From NCBI GenBank assembly GCA_028534125.1, contig CM052816.1, positions 46,564,001-46,628,000 on the forward strand: DNA of 64,000 bases, given 5' to 3'. The notes beneath the pieces are model-generated. The model worked only from the letters and a program-made list of their open reading frames with translations. It ran no database searches and was not told the origin of the DNA. The stretch comes from Lama glama. Taxonomy: Eukaryota. Of this stretch, positions 1-13,085 are shown piece after piece; position 1 is the stretch's first letter; each line of letters begins with the position of its first letter. Both the position numbers and the translations under genes were made by a program.

Positions 1-29
1 AAAAATCTCTGTTCTTCTAATGAGGAAAG

Positions 30-178
30 AGAATGTTGGCCCAGAAATCAAAAGAGCTGGCCTCTAATCTCCTCTTTGCTGTTAACTAGTTTTGCGACTT
101 GGGAGAAAACAGTTTCTTCACAGGAACGCTAAGCCAGAAGATTTCTAAGGTCTTCCAACTACAAAGGTTCTGTGAAGG
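30..178 (+). mobile_element. MIR/MIR3 SINE fragment
   Basis: MIR core-like 'tctttgctgttaactagttttgcgacttggg' and MIR3-like tail 'tctaaggtcttccaactacaaaggttctgtga'. Confidence 0.55.
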
Positions 179-2261
179 GACGTGTACTCCGAATTGCCCT
201 TTGGAAGACCAGCTGCTAACCTCTGTGCAGCTATAAGGTAGAGGAATCAGACTCAAGGAAGCCCAAATTTACATACCATAGGACCTTCAGGGAATTTTTA
301 AAGATACACGTTCACTGCTCTTTTCTGAAATCAAGAGCACTCTTGCATGCCACTGCTGATTGTCAGACCTCCGTGAAACAAAATACCATTTTTCTAATAC
401 ACAAATCACCAATCAGAAGGTTAAACTGAGACTTTCTGGTGAAGCAAGAAAGCAACTCTAAAAGTTGAACTAAAATGAATAAATATGACTACGGCAATAG
501 AAACACCAAATGAACATTTTAGTCCTTATTTTGTGCCAGACACTGAGCTAGGGATTTCTGCATGTGTTATCTCTGCTGAGCATGATAAACACGCTCTGTC
601 CCCTCATTCTGTTCTCCAATTATCCCCCCAGGCCGGCCTGCCATATGCGCACCTCCTGCACAGAGATGTTGAATAAGGCAGGACCTCTATGCACAAGCAC
701 ACCAGATCAGTCCAAATCCACTCTGAGGACTTCCATGGCCCTAATCTCAATGCATTACTTCCTAGTGGCAGGAAAAGAGCTCCGTATTTGTCAAAAAGAA
801 AAGTCTCAGTGTTTCCTGCCTTTTCCAGGTGCACTTCTTTCAAGTTTCTGGGAGTATTTTATGTACACAAGGAGGAACACTCTGATGTCTGGATCGATAT
901 CTGCAAAAGCTTTTAAGCTATAATAACCATGATCTTCAGCACTCAATACATTCTGACAAGACCCCCCTCTATGTCAAGGGAAGTGGGTAAATTCTTAGGC
1001 AGGGAGTTTAAGACCCACTCTTTGCCTACTAGTACTTTCAGTAGAAAAGCCCGTAATCATTAAGCCAAACGCAAGGGGACAGGCATTCCCAATTATACAG
1101 TTTTAACTCCCGCTAAGTCCAACCAGCACAAACTTCATCACTACATTGTAGTGTTGCTAACTAATGAGCTGAGTTTTGGCAGCCCATTAATCTTAATTTT
1201 GTAAACATTGATTTTTTTCCTTGGGTTTTGAATGGAGCTAAAATTAGCATTTTTGTTGTTGTTTTCAGGGTTTTTTTTTTTAGTATAACCTCCATTTCAA
1301 CTTCCTGCTACTGGATATTTTATTACAACAAACAGCTCTATCCTTGACCAAGGTCTAAAAAGAAGTCAGAAGAGTTCTGGGAATAACGGTCCCATCTCTC
1401 ATCTTGTTTCACACACTTCCCCTGTCCCTTCTGGGACGTGGAGCCGCCATTGACTTCTAAGGAAATTCACTTGAGGCTCAATTAAAACTATGGGGCACAG
1501 AGAAGAAGAGGCATGTCCTCACCTTTTCCTCCCCAGTAAGATCTGTTTCCAAGACCAGTCCTATATAGTAGGACTTTTGAGGGCTTATGGTATAAGACAA
1601 AACTGGGAGGTTCAAGCCAGCTCTCATTTGACAACTGCTGGCTCATCTCTAGTTTCTCTCGTAAGTAAAAATTAAAACTGAAAGAATCTCTCCCACCAGG
1701 AGAGTGCTCAGGGCTTCCAATTTTCCCCAACTCTCTCTGGCTTCTTAGTCATTGCCATTTAGCAGACACAGTTTACATAATAACAGTTTTATTCGTGTAG
1801 GAGACACGGGGTATGAACTGCAGTGTTTAGCTAAGCTACCTGAGAAGGTCATTTCACATCACTCATTTCTCACTGTGGGCTCCCCATAGCACAATCTCAC
1901 TCAAAACAGGCCATAGGCTCTCTGAGATAGCATATTCTAGAAGGCTTCGAGCCCCTTCCCTTTATTTTCCTCTGGTCTACCATATTGCAGCCTCCAAGAC
2001 TTACTCTTCGTTTCTCTACTGGACCCCTTCAGTCTTCATATTTCTGCTGACAAAATACCAGTCCAATCACTGAGCAGCATCTGCTTACTTATGACAAACC
2101 AAACTATCACATTTCTTCTTTTGAAGCATCCTGACATTTATCACTATCCTTTGAGATTTCATGTTACTCATTGAAAGTCTAAAAGCCATCACCAAATCAG
2201 TCTTAGGAATTAAAAACAGCATTTCCACGCAGAAGGCTGTACTTGTGGTGATGAAGGATAA

Positions 2262-2492
2262 GACCCCAATGTCGGCTGCAGACAGACAGGTAGACATCTC
2301 AGTTCTGCTATGTTCCAGCTGGGCATCCTTGGGCACATTACATAAGCTCTCTGGGCCTCATTTTTTCCCATCTGCAAACTGAAGATCAGATAGTCTCTAC
2401 TTCAAAGGGTAGTTGTGGAGATTAAATGAGATCCTGTGTGTAAACCCTTAGCCTGGTGCCTGGTGGACAATAAATTCTTCATAAATGTTAAC
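2262..2492 (+). mobile_element. MIR SINE
   Basis: Core 'ccttgggcacattacataagctctctgggcctcattttttcccatctgcaaa...ttgtggagattaaatgagat' and tail 'gcctggtggacaataaattcttcataaatgtta'. Confidence 0.8.
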
Positions 2493-2699
2493 TACGAAAG
2501 TTTTAACTGAAAGGTATATTTCATTGCAGTTTGAGAGTTACCACCTTACTGTACTGTCCCATTTTCAGAAACATTCTATTCTATTGTCTGAGAAACATGG
2601 AAACATGAACATGGAAAGGTACATATATATGTATGTACATGTGTGTGTCTATACACATATTTGAGATTTCTCTTTTACTGACCTGCCACTAAATCTGAA

Positions 2700-3010
2700 A
2701 ACACATAGTAAATGCCTACATTTCATGAGATGCTGTCAATCAGCACTATGAAAGGTAGGAAGGGGCAGGAAACATGGTTCCTGCCCTCTGAAATCTAGCT
2801 GAAAGAAAGGACACACGCTCAACAAGCCATCTCACAGACCTATACCAGTCATTGGTTAAACAAGTGGCACACACAGTTCTTTGAGAGTTAAGACAACTCC
2901 TGCCTGGCAAAGTCTAGGAAGGATTCAGGGAGCGAGGAGAATTAAAGCTGACGTTTGAAACATGGACCCATTTAGACCTAATAAAAGAAGTAAGGTGAAC
3001 ATTACTAGCA
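2700..3010 (-). mobile_element. L2 LINE fragment
   Basis: 'acatggttcctgccctctgaaatctag' and 'aattaaagctgacgtttgaa' resemble the antisense L2 3' region; highly diverged. Confidence 0.5.
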
Positions 3011-3657
3011 GGGAGATTTCAGAGACAGTGGCCCAGAGTCTGGACAGACTAGAGCATGTCCAGCAGACAGTGAGGTGCTGAATTTTGCCAGAGCAGGGCA
3101 GGAGTATTTCATACCTACATCTAATGGAAGACAGAACAGGATCAGCTGATGTTGAGTTAGTTCACTGGGAGCGGGCTTTCGCTTGAACTTTGCTGTTGTT
3201 GCTGTGGTCCAGGCATGACAAGAAGTTGCATCTGGAGAACTATCTCCTAGCAACTGACAGTGGTTCATTAGGACTCTGCGTTGAGGATTCTGAGGCCACT
3301 GGCTCTTAGGGAAACAAAGCATGACTGATTATTAATGTCTGCTGAGGAAGGAGAAAGAGGTGGCCTACATGCTTTATGTCTGCCATCCAGGCAAAATAAA
3401 CAATGGAGGTCATGGAGGGCAGTCTTAGCCAAAGAGTGACATGATAAAAGAAATGTTTTAAAAAGATTAATTTGGCAACAGATCATAGGACGAGCTGCTG
3501 AGAGAAAAGAAGAGGCAAGAAAACCACTTCGGAAGCTTTTGCCGAAACCAGGACAGCAACCACGCAAACATAAAAGGAGGGATACATTTAAGAGATTGTA
3601 AGAACAAATCGATATACTTAGCATGACTTCTAAAGAGCCTTTCAACTGAGTTAGGGC

Positions 3658-4600
3658 TTTTTTTTTTTAATAGCCTTTATTTTTTTTTTTTAGAGCAGTT
3701 TTAGATTCACAGTAGTATGGAGCAGAAGATGCAGAGATTTCCCATACCTCTCCTGCCCCCACATATGCATAAGCCTCCCCCACTATCGGCATCCCCTACC
3801 ACAGTGGCACATTTGTTACAATTCTAAACCCTACACTGACACATCACAGTCGCCCAAAATCCAAAGGGTACATTAGGGTTCTCTCTTGGACCTATACGTT
3901 CTCTGTGTTTGGACAAATATTTAGTGACATGTCTCCACCATTATAGTATCATACAGTATAGTTTCACTGCCCTAAAAATCTTCTGTGTTCTGCCTATTCC
4001 CTCCCCACCAGCTCCTGGCAACCACTGATCTTTTTACTGTCTCCGCAGTTTCATCTTTTCCAGAATGTCATATAGTGTGAGTCATATAGTATACAGCTTT
4101 TCAGATTGGCTTCTTTCACTTAGTAATATGCATTTAATTTTCCTTCACTAGAATGAACTTGGTAGCTCATTTCTTTTTAGTGCTTAGTAATATGCCATTG
4201 TCCAGATGTACAACAGTTTATTTACCCATTTACCTACTGAAGGACACCTTGGTTGCTTCCAAGTTTTGGCAATTATGAATAAAGTTGCTATAAATATACA
4301 CATGTCCTTTTTTGTGTGGACATAAATTTTTCATTCTTTTGGGTAAATGATCAAGGAGCATAATTTCTGGATTATATGGTAAAAGCATGTTCAGTTATGT
4401 AAGAAACTGACAACTTGTCTTCCAAAGTGACTGTTTCATTTTGCATTCTGACCAGCAATGAATGCAAGTTCCTATTGCTCCACATCCTCTCCAGCATTTG
4501 TTGTTGTCAGTGTTCTGGATTTTGGCCATTCTAATAAGCATGGAGTGCCATCTCATTATTGTTTTAATTTGCATTTTCCTGTTGACATACGATGTGGAGC
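3658..4600 (-). mobile_element. L1M LINE 3' end (L1MC1-like), 5'-truncated
   Basis: Poly-T then 'tttagagcagttttagattcacag...gtggcacatttgttacaa...gtttcactgccctaaaaatc' and 'ttgcattctgaccagcaatgaatg...ttttggccattctaataag'; degenerate flanking repeat gagttaggg / gagttaaggg. Confidence 0.9.
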
Positions 4601-5604
4601 AGAGTTAAGGGATTTTGATTCTTAAGAAGGGGACCATTTTGGCTAGTTCTTAAAATAGCAAAGATTCGCTTATTTCGTTTATCCATTACCAAGCACTGTC
4701 ACCTAGAAGACAGCTTGGTAAGAGGGCATTTGAAATACAGTACAGGTAAGTTCTGACAAATGATAGATAAGGAAAAATCTAGATGAGATGTACTTCTAAC
4801 GTGAGTGAGTATTTTGGTAAATGTGATAAAAGCTTTACCCTGGTAAAGCAGAGGCCACTGAGAGGGAGTAAATGACCTTGGGCAGAGGTGTTAGAAGACA
4901 CTAAACATAGTCTTGCCTTCTTCATAATTTTGACCAGCAGCTCTGGCCCTGCCTTAGCTCACCCACTTTGTCTCTCCATCTTGTGACAAGGTAACTACGT
5001 GTACAAGGTGCATCATGTAAAGATATGAGGCTGAAGCCAAATCTCATTTCAAGGACAAGTCTCTCAAAAGGCCTTGTGGAGGCCAGGGCAGAGGGAAAAA
5101 AAGATTTTATAATCATCAACACTGCGAATTGTTTTTAGTTGTTAGTTTATTGAGGGGCCACAATGTATGAAGCTCTGAATTAAAAACCATTTCCAAATTA
5201 CAAGAATGATATATATCCTCCAAAACCATATGCTCTTCCCAGGAGGGAAAAAAAAAACCATGTCTATTAAAATTAAAGAATACAGCAAGAGATGGCATAA
5301 ATGTGTAGCAAATGTCTCTGCCTTGTACCCAGCCGGTAACAGTCTTAGATATGCTGCAAATTGGGTAAAGGAATGTATGACTTGGGAGACAGCAATAACT
5401 GTTCGTGTAAGCGCCAAATCACAGAGCTTTCCCCAAGCTAGGCGAAGCCTAGGCAAGTGGGAATAACAAATGAAGAGGAGCTGCTTCAGGAAGGACGGGT
5501 CCTGACTGGGGCTCCCTCCTTCCTGCTCAAATGTGTTGATTATGTGACTCCAACTAGGCCGAGGGAAAGATGGTTGGAACATTTCCATAGACAATGGCCT
5601 GATT

Positions 5605-5650
5605 GAAAGGTCACTTCCTGCCACTTTTCATATCCCTGAGGGGAAATCCC
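5605..5650. promoter_or_regulatory. Motif cluster: nuclear-receptor half-site, ETS site, NF-kB site
   Basis: AGGTCA 5608-5613, CACTTCCTG 5612-5620, GGGAAATCCC 5641-5650 (matches GGGRNNYYCC). Motif match only. Confidence 0.35.
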
Positions 5651-6484
5651 ATGCCGGCTCCAGTACACAGTGATGGCTATGTTGAAAGCCAGGCTTCTGA
5701 AAAAATGCCTGCCTGCCAGAGTCACTGGCCTCCACTTTGGGGTTTAGAAATGAATTAAAGATAAGTATTCATGCTCGAATGTCCACTCAACTATAACGCA
5801 ATCTGTATGATTTTTCAATTCACAATCATTGCAAAGCAGCTGTGTTTTTTCTACTTCGTTGACTCTGATTTTTCATATCATCTAAGAAACAGAAATTCTT
5901 CACTCCCAAATGAGCAACATTTTGAACCCAACCCTGACCCTAACATGATAAAAATCTGTGCCGTGGAAAGAAACATAAAGTGGTTCGTTGTTTTGTTCTC
6001 TCTTCCCCTGAAAGCCATCCAAGGGCAGAATCCTGTTGCCTGTGTTCACAATGAATATGACATAGAAAGAACATGGTATTTTAGACAGAGCTTTCAGAAA
6101 AATCCATATAAGGACAAGAAGAAACATTTGATGCTGAATTCTTTCCTAATTTAAGACATTTTGAGTCCAGTTTTTGTTTAAAAAAAAAAAAAGGAGTAAG
6201 ACAAATTCCAGGGCAAATACTCTTGGGATTTCTTGTGTGAGCTGAACGTGGTGATGAGCAGACACTGTCCAAGTCATTGCAGGCACCGCACATAACCTAA
6301 ATGCTCCCTCTTTGTGCATGCCCAACCGGCACCAGCCTGCACAAAAGACTTCAACGCTTCCCCAGCTACAGCCTCACTCCCTGAATCCCCACATAATTCA
6401 AAACCCTAGCATTTTAAACATGTTGATGAGTTGTTTTAAAATTGTACTCAGGTTACTTTGTGGGAACATTGAATAATCTAATGC

Positions 6485-6650
6485 AATGCTTATCAAAGCA
6501 GATGATCTGCATCAGAATCACCTGGCGTTTTATTAAAATGCAGATTCCTGAGCCCCTACCTGGAATTGATGAATGTGAAATATTTATGGGAGAGGCCTGG
6601 GTATCTGCAATGTTAGAGACACTCCTGCGGTTGGGATCCACTATGTAACA
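6485..6650. mobile_element. MER5-family hAT-Charlie DNA transposon
   Basis: 'tgcatcagaatcacctggcgttttattaaaatgcagattcctgagccc...gaggcctgggtatctgca'. Confidence 0.8.
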
Positions 6651-6651
6651 A

Positions 6652-6790
6652 ATCCTGGACTTGAACTATAGTCTTAGTTCCACTATTCACCATTCATTGT
6701 AGACCTTCAGCCAATCATTTAATCTCTGGACTCAGTTTTTTCAGCCATAATATAGGTTATTGTGAACTAATATATGCAGAAGTATTCGTT
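6652..6790 (+). mobile_element. MIR SINE fragment
   Basis: 'tcatttaatctctggactcagttttttcagccataa...gttattgtga'. Confidence 0.55.
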
Positions 6791-8164
6791 TATACAAAAA
6801 AAAATTCACACATGTCCTTGTGAATACCCCACTTAGACGATAAAGTCTTTGAGACCCAGGAATCTCTTCATTGTATTTTCCTTATTGGTAATACCATATT
6901 TCTTTCTGGATTTCAGTAAATAGTTACTTAACGTTCTATACAGCACAAGACTTGGAAGCTTTTGCACCCTGATACTTAAAGAAAGTCAGCTAGCCACCAG
7001 GAATCCACTGTCGAATTTATCTTGGACTAGGGTCTTCCCTAGGACTTATAGGTTAATCAACGATCAGAGCTGATTAAACTTAATTAAACTGTTGCTTGCT
7101 GTCTAACAAAGCTTAAAGGGTGGCCATGTAAGGCCTCCTTGCCTATTTATTTAATTTTCCAGGAGAAAAATAACTCAGGTAGCCCGACAAGTCAGGCTGA
7201 CTACTCAAAATGGATTAGAGTAAGATTAAAGAGATTTTCTTAATTTAAAAAAAAGGACTTTTATTGACGACATTATTTTAATGCTTTCTCACATCAATAC
7301 TTTTAGTCCTATATTTCATCCCTACCTTCCAAATGAAGAAACTACATCACAGGGAAGTTAAGTGGCTTTCTCTGACAGCCTGATTTGCCTGTCTCTACAG
7401 ACGGGAAGACCCGTCAAGGGTCGGGCTGAGCACGTGAGCCTAGCGGGGCGGCCTGCACCCAGAGAGCTGGGGCCACTGCTGATGGTCAGTGAGTGCCTCT
7501 CTTCTGCTCTGTTCTGTGGCTGGCCAACTTTCCTTTTTTTTGATTGAGATATTTATTTCATTAAGTATGGTAAAATCCTCATTCAGATTTAGGTCAATTT
7601 TACAGGCTCTGGAGTCATTTTTGTCTTGTGAAGTCGGTGTTTCCATAAGTTCATGGTACATGGTAAAAGGATGATCACATTTTCATATGAATAGTTATAT
7701 ATTTATTTATGATAATGCTTGCTAGGAAAAATGTATAGCCAGCATATCAAATCCTGATTTCAAAAATAGTATGACAAAGATGAGGTTAAATAATTTAAAA
7801 TGGTGACTTGATATAAAGTTAAATATTTTTCTACACATAAAGGAAGTCAAAAACTGACACATTAAATAATAGTTGAGGTATTGTGCAGATATCCCCACTT
7901 TGTGCAAGAGTAATAAGGGCAGTTGGGGGAAGACTGCTTTAAATTGCCTTTGAGACTTTGCATACCTCTCTTTCATTCTGAGTTGCTTTTATGATTGAAC
8001 TTTGGGGGAAGAAAACCTTCAATTCTTTATTTTCAAGCTCTTCAGCAGCTGTCTCAAAGTAGCCCCTCAAGTCAACATCTATGTACTTTATTTGAAATTA
8101 TACTGCTGATTAGGTGGCTCCAAATCACACTAAATGTAAAGCTAGAAATATTGACTATTAGTGT

Positions 8165-8385
8165 GAATTACACACTGTCCTAGTCATTGTACATACGTTA
8201 CTTTTAATTATCAGGACTCCTGTGGGGTAGGTATCATTATCCCCAATTTACAGCCGTGCAAACTGAGACTGTGTGAGTGATTACCCACAGCCCCCTAATA
8301 TGCCGAATGTACAAACCAAAAATGGAACTCAAGTCTGTCATTCCCTTAAGTCTTTGTTCTTTCCCCAATACACACTGCCTCTCTG
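8165..8385 (-). mobile_element. MIR SINE
   Basis: 'gtaggtatcattatccccaatttacag...aaactgagact...ggaactcaagtctgtc'. Confidence 0.75.
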
Positions 8386-8544
8386 TACTAAATTTCCTAA
8401 ACCGTATTGCCAAAATATTTTTAAATGTCTTACACAATAAAGCTTCAGTCAGAATGCTGTAGTTGTAGAAAAACTCTAGGCTACATCTGTGTGTGTCTTT
8501 AAGTGAACTGAATGGATTATATTTGTAAATGGGTTTCTTTCAGC

Positions 8545-9082
8545 AGGTCAGCCACCTCACTATACCTCCTTTCCGATGAAGCCAACACACCCCTTTCTTC
8601 TCATGGAGATGAAACCTGGCAACTATATTTGTACCTGAGACCCTATCGTGTCCTGGCCAGCTAGGAGTCAACACCTTTCCTAAGTCAAAGTCGCTCTGAC
8701 TGATTTTCTTTCCTGCAAACCTGGACTGAGAACTGCCTTGCTACCAAGAGGACATGGGAGCTGGGGAGCTGAGGACAGTGGAGGGAGTGGAGAAGCAGAG
8801 GGAAGACCGAAGCAGAGGCGCACCTGGACCCAGAGAAGCAGATCTTGAGATGAAAGAGACAGACAGACAGGGAGGGACTACATTACACAACAAGAAATCT
8901 AATACTCGGCCTCTAGCTAAAAAAATTTGAATGAAGAAAAATATTTCAGTGAGCGGGAGCCCCCCAAGAGCCCCTCCTGCCCTTGTACTCTGAGGTCTCC
9001 TTACAACAAATTCTTAAGTCTTAATGAAGCTAGTCTGACATGGATCTCTGTTATTATAGCCAAAAAGGTGTTAAGTAATACA
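8545..9082 (+). mobile_element. ERVL-MaLR (MLT1-family) solo LTR
   Basis: MLT1-type 3' terminus 'aagctagtctgacatggatctctgttattatagccaaaaaggtgttaagtaataca'; purine-rich middle. Confidence 0.6.
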
Positions 9083-10899
9083 ATCACAACACTGGAGAGA
9101 AATTTCTCCTTAAAAACTTTTCCTTTGAGTGACCTTGAACCATTCATTTTCTTCTAATCATTTACTGGTAATGACCATATTACAGATGATTTCAGTTAGT
9201 TCTAGAAACCAGTCACTTGACCGCATTGTACTGTAAACACTTCATATGCAGATAAATGATTCAAGTTCTTTGACGGATTTCATTAAATTGTCTAAATACT
9301 TTTGCATCATAAAGACATTCAAATGAGAAACTATCACATTCTCCCCAAAAGAGCAAGATCAACAAAAGATGGCCTTTATTTATGAAATAAACACCTATTC
9401 ATCTCATTTAGCTCCCTTCAGTTGCTCCTTATACTCATCTTATCTTAACCATTTTTACTAGAAACTCTAGAATAATTTTTGGCACAGACAAAAGTAGAGG
9501 CAGATTTAGCAACTAAAGCATGTATATTTAAAAATCGCCCCTTATTTAGCATGTGTTAATATGATGGTGCATACCAGAGGAACAAAATAAAATCATCACA
9601 AGAAATGACTGCAAAACACAAGTGCTGTGGATAATTCAAACGAAGGCTTTTAGCTGGCTCAAACAATTTGGTCTTGATTTCATACATCACCAAAGTGAGA
9701 CATTAAAGACTACTCTACACAGGGCACTTTTTTTCTTGTTCATCCATGTTTTCCCTGGGGTTTAAGAAGGGGGTGGGGGGTGGGGTGGAAACAGCAAAGA
9801 ACCATAGCATTTTTTCATTGAACTGACTTTAAAAAATGAGTTTGGCAATTAAAATCAGATTTTTTAAGCAAGAAAAAATACATCTAAGTAAAGCACTTAT
9901 ACTAAAAGTTTTAGCAGAATGTGGATTAAATTATTGGTTTTTAAACCACCCTTTAAAAATGGCATTGACTCTGGAATGCAAAAAATCAGTAGATCCAAAG
10001 TAGAACAAGATTTTGACACTAGCAAAATTGAAAGCTAAATTAAAACTTCATGTACATTATTTGCAAATGTAATAATCCTAGGAAAATTCTAACTGTAACA
10101 TCTTCTTAGCTGAAACTGATCTCCTCAATGTTTGCTTTCTCTGTTTATTTCTAGTTTATTAGAGGTATTTTTTAGACTATGGCTATTGAAATCTGCAGTT
10201 TGATCCTTAAAGTAGATTTTGAGTAGCAAATCGCATGGGCCTGAGTATCCAGTCTCTTGGCCTTGTTTCTTTTGGCCTAAAAGTGGTTCCTTTCAATGAT
10301 TCTGCCCAAGAGGAAAGGCAAATCTAGAGAGGTGGGAGGTACCCTTGCTTTGTAAGCTGTCATAAAAGCTGGCAGGTGCTAAAAGATCGGAGAGCTAGGA
10401 GACCACAGCTGAAGTTATAAATACATGTTTAAAAAAAATCTTGTTAGTAGTACATTAATATTACTGTATGTCATACTGTAGATGAGTTTACTTTTACAAA
10501 GTGAACACCTTGTTGAAAAATGAACCAGCAGAGGTTGCCTTTGAAAGGAAGAATTAATGCATAAAGCTTAAACTGAATATTTCTGTTTGAAACCTAAAAA
10601 CTGCATGTGCATTACTCATTGAAATTATCAGACCATTATGAGTAATTATGAAGCAGCGTTAATATATAAGCATAAAGCAGAGTAATGGACCAAAAGAAGC
10701 AACCTTCTGTGAAGTCTATTAGAGAAAATGTTTCCTTAAGTTCCCACAGTAGTGCTTTAACCCCTGGTTACTGCTAGTGGGAACCTGTAGCTATTAAAAA
10801 GCAAGCACCTTCAAGGCTCCACGCAGACTCTTTCTGCTGCTTACAGGATCCTCCCCCTTACTCCTTTCTTCGGGAAGAAAATTTTTTTCCCTTTAGTCT

Positions 10900-11190
10900 C
10901 AATTTCAATGTCATTCCTTCCCTGAAGCTTTTCGGGCATCAGCTCCTTCCTTTCGCCCAACCCCCACTGCAGCTGAATTAATAAATTAATCACGTGCTCC
11001 TCTGTGTTGCCATAGCATTGTGTTAATACCTGTAGCACAGCACTTATCATGTTGTATTATAATTAGCTCTGTGTGCATGGATCTATCATCACGAACCTAG
11101 AGATTTCTGAAAGTGCAGACAATGTGTTTTTCATTCAGTGCTTTGTTTATAATAGGTACTCAAAAGATGTTCATCAGAAACAAGTGAATA
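10900..11190 (+). mobile_element. L2 LINE 3' end
   Basis: 'tagcacagcacttatcatgttgtattataatt...aataggtactcaaaagatgtt...gtgaataa'. Confidence 0.65.
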
Positions 11191-11984
11191 AAACCCTCTT
11201 AACAGCAGTACACTCATGCATTCACCCATTCATACCTATATTCAACAAGCAGTATTATTTAGAAATATTTTATGTCTTATTGCAAAATATTTTCTCAGAT
11301 CCATTCCTGCAAAATAGAGTGTGGTGACCTGGAGGTCACTGGAAATCTTTCAAGTACATGACATCATGTAGTAGGCAAGAGCAGAGAGAAAGACAAGAAA
11401 ACAACTTCTCCTGATTAAAAATTTTGCCTATGGCTATCTCTGATGCTAAACATACAGCATGTGCCTGGTGAAAGCTTGCTGAATGATTAATTGATTATAG
11501 CTGAAGTTCAACTGTTTTCTGTCTAAGTGGGTGATCATAATATCTGCTGAAAGTTTCATCTTCTACAAAAACTTTCTTATAAAGTCGAGTTTTGTCCTGA
11601 CAACTAACCCATGTGAGACTGATACCATTCCTCCCTGAAAACCTTCAAAATTTCTTGTGTGTATAATTTTATAGTCTAAGTATATATCCATCATGACTGA
11701 TGCAGTATTGCTGATGCTTTGTGCCCCTTTTTTGATGTACTGATTTTTCAACATTAGAGAAAAATATTTCCTCTTTGAACTAAAAACTAGTCTTTTTATG
11801 CTTTTATAAACTAGGAAATTGGGTTAATTGGTTCTTCACCAGGACAGTGATCACTTACATTAAATGTGATCACCCAGAGGCAGTGCAAGTTTTGGGGCTC
11901 CTTCTGTAGTCTCACTGAATGACAAAATTACATCTGATGCCATGTTAGTATCAAGCATGGATGACCATACTTGTAAGTTCTTGA

Positions 11985-12500
11985 GCTTTCACAGCTGAAA
12001 GAGTTCAAGTTCAATGTAAGATTCCCTTTCACCCCATTCCTCGCAGCTAAAATCTGTCTGGCCATAACCAGGGGCAGAAGTTGTCTTCCTCACAGACAGC
12101 CTTTCTGAAGAACTCTGATTCTTAGAATGCACTTCCCTCTACTGAGCCAAAATCAGATTCCCTGAACTCCAAACATTGATCCTGGCTCTAGCCTCTTGGG
12201 TTTAAAGATCTAATCTAATCCCTCTTCAAATATTGAAAGGCAGCCATGGTTGCCTCCAGGTATTTTCCAGCATAGCCTATAAACCTGACTAAATCTGTAT
12301 CATCCAGCACACGTGTGCCTACTAACCACAAGGCCATCAGGAGAAATCAGTTCAAAGGCCTTGCTCGTGTGCTAATGCCAGTACTTCTTCAACCACCAGC
12401 TAAATAAGCAAAGTGAATTGGTCACTACTGCTCTGAAGAAACTCGTGTTGACCCTTAATGATCACTGCCTACTTTTCGGTGCGCATAAGCAATCTGCTTA
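11985..12500 (-). mobile_element. L3/CR1 LINE relic
   Basis: Minus strand 12365-12342 translates SKAFELIS (CR1 reverse transcriptase motif FSKAFDxVxH); 'cctcttcaaatattgaaaggcagccatg' resembles the L3 3' region. Confidence 0.6.
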
Positions 12501-12552
12501 GTAATTCATTTGGAACTTGCCTCATTTTTGTTTCCAGAATCTCTACTACATT

Positions 12553-13085
12553 CTGTCACTATTCAACTGGTGGGTATGGGGTTGGGGTTGGATGGAGACT
12601 CTTAAGTGTTTGAAATGCAGGAAGGGGATAGATTTAATACAGGGAATCGGTTACACAGAAGCAGAAAGGCTCCCTGAACAGGGAGCAGTGAGGCAACCCA
12701 GAGATTAGAAATAGCAGGAAGTCACTAGGACGTCTAGGCTAGAGGAGAAAGGGGGGAGCCTGCGATATCGAGGCCAGGAGTTAGGGTCACCCAGAGGAAG
12801 ACAGAGCTGTGACAGGAGTGCCACGCAGGGGTTGCAGCTACGGAGAAGAAATGACTTGAGACATTTCCAGAGATATCACCTGAAGCACAGAGAAACAGGG
12901 AAAATAACCCGGCTTTGGCTTTCCCTTTACCCCAGCCCTTTACTCTCCCACTGGGGTTTCCTCTGGCTGAAACCCCAGCTGACACTGGAGAGTCAGCTGA
13001 CACAGAAATCTGGGAAATGCAGCCAGCACGGGGTGGCGGGGCGGGGCAGAGAGGGGAGGGGTGGAAATGGGCGCCTTTCTGCAAT
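12553..13085 (-). mobile_element. LTR33-like ERVL solo LTR
   Basis: 'atttaatacagggaatcggttacacag...gtgaggcaacccagagattagaaatagcaggaagtc...ctgggaaatgcag' closely follows the remembered LTR33 consensus. Confidence 0.8.

Noticed and set aside
9757..9788. G-quadruplex motif (another at 30650-30672)
   Set aside because: Real G runs, but such motifs are very common in mammals and there is no promoter context
11150..11265. Tail-to-tail L2 ends, the arrangement behind some L2-derived miRNAs
   Set aside because: Arms too diverged to form a clean hairpin and no known mature miRNA recognised
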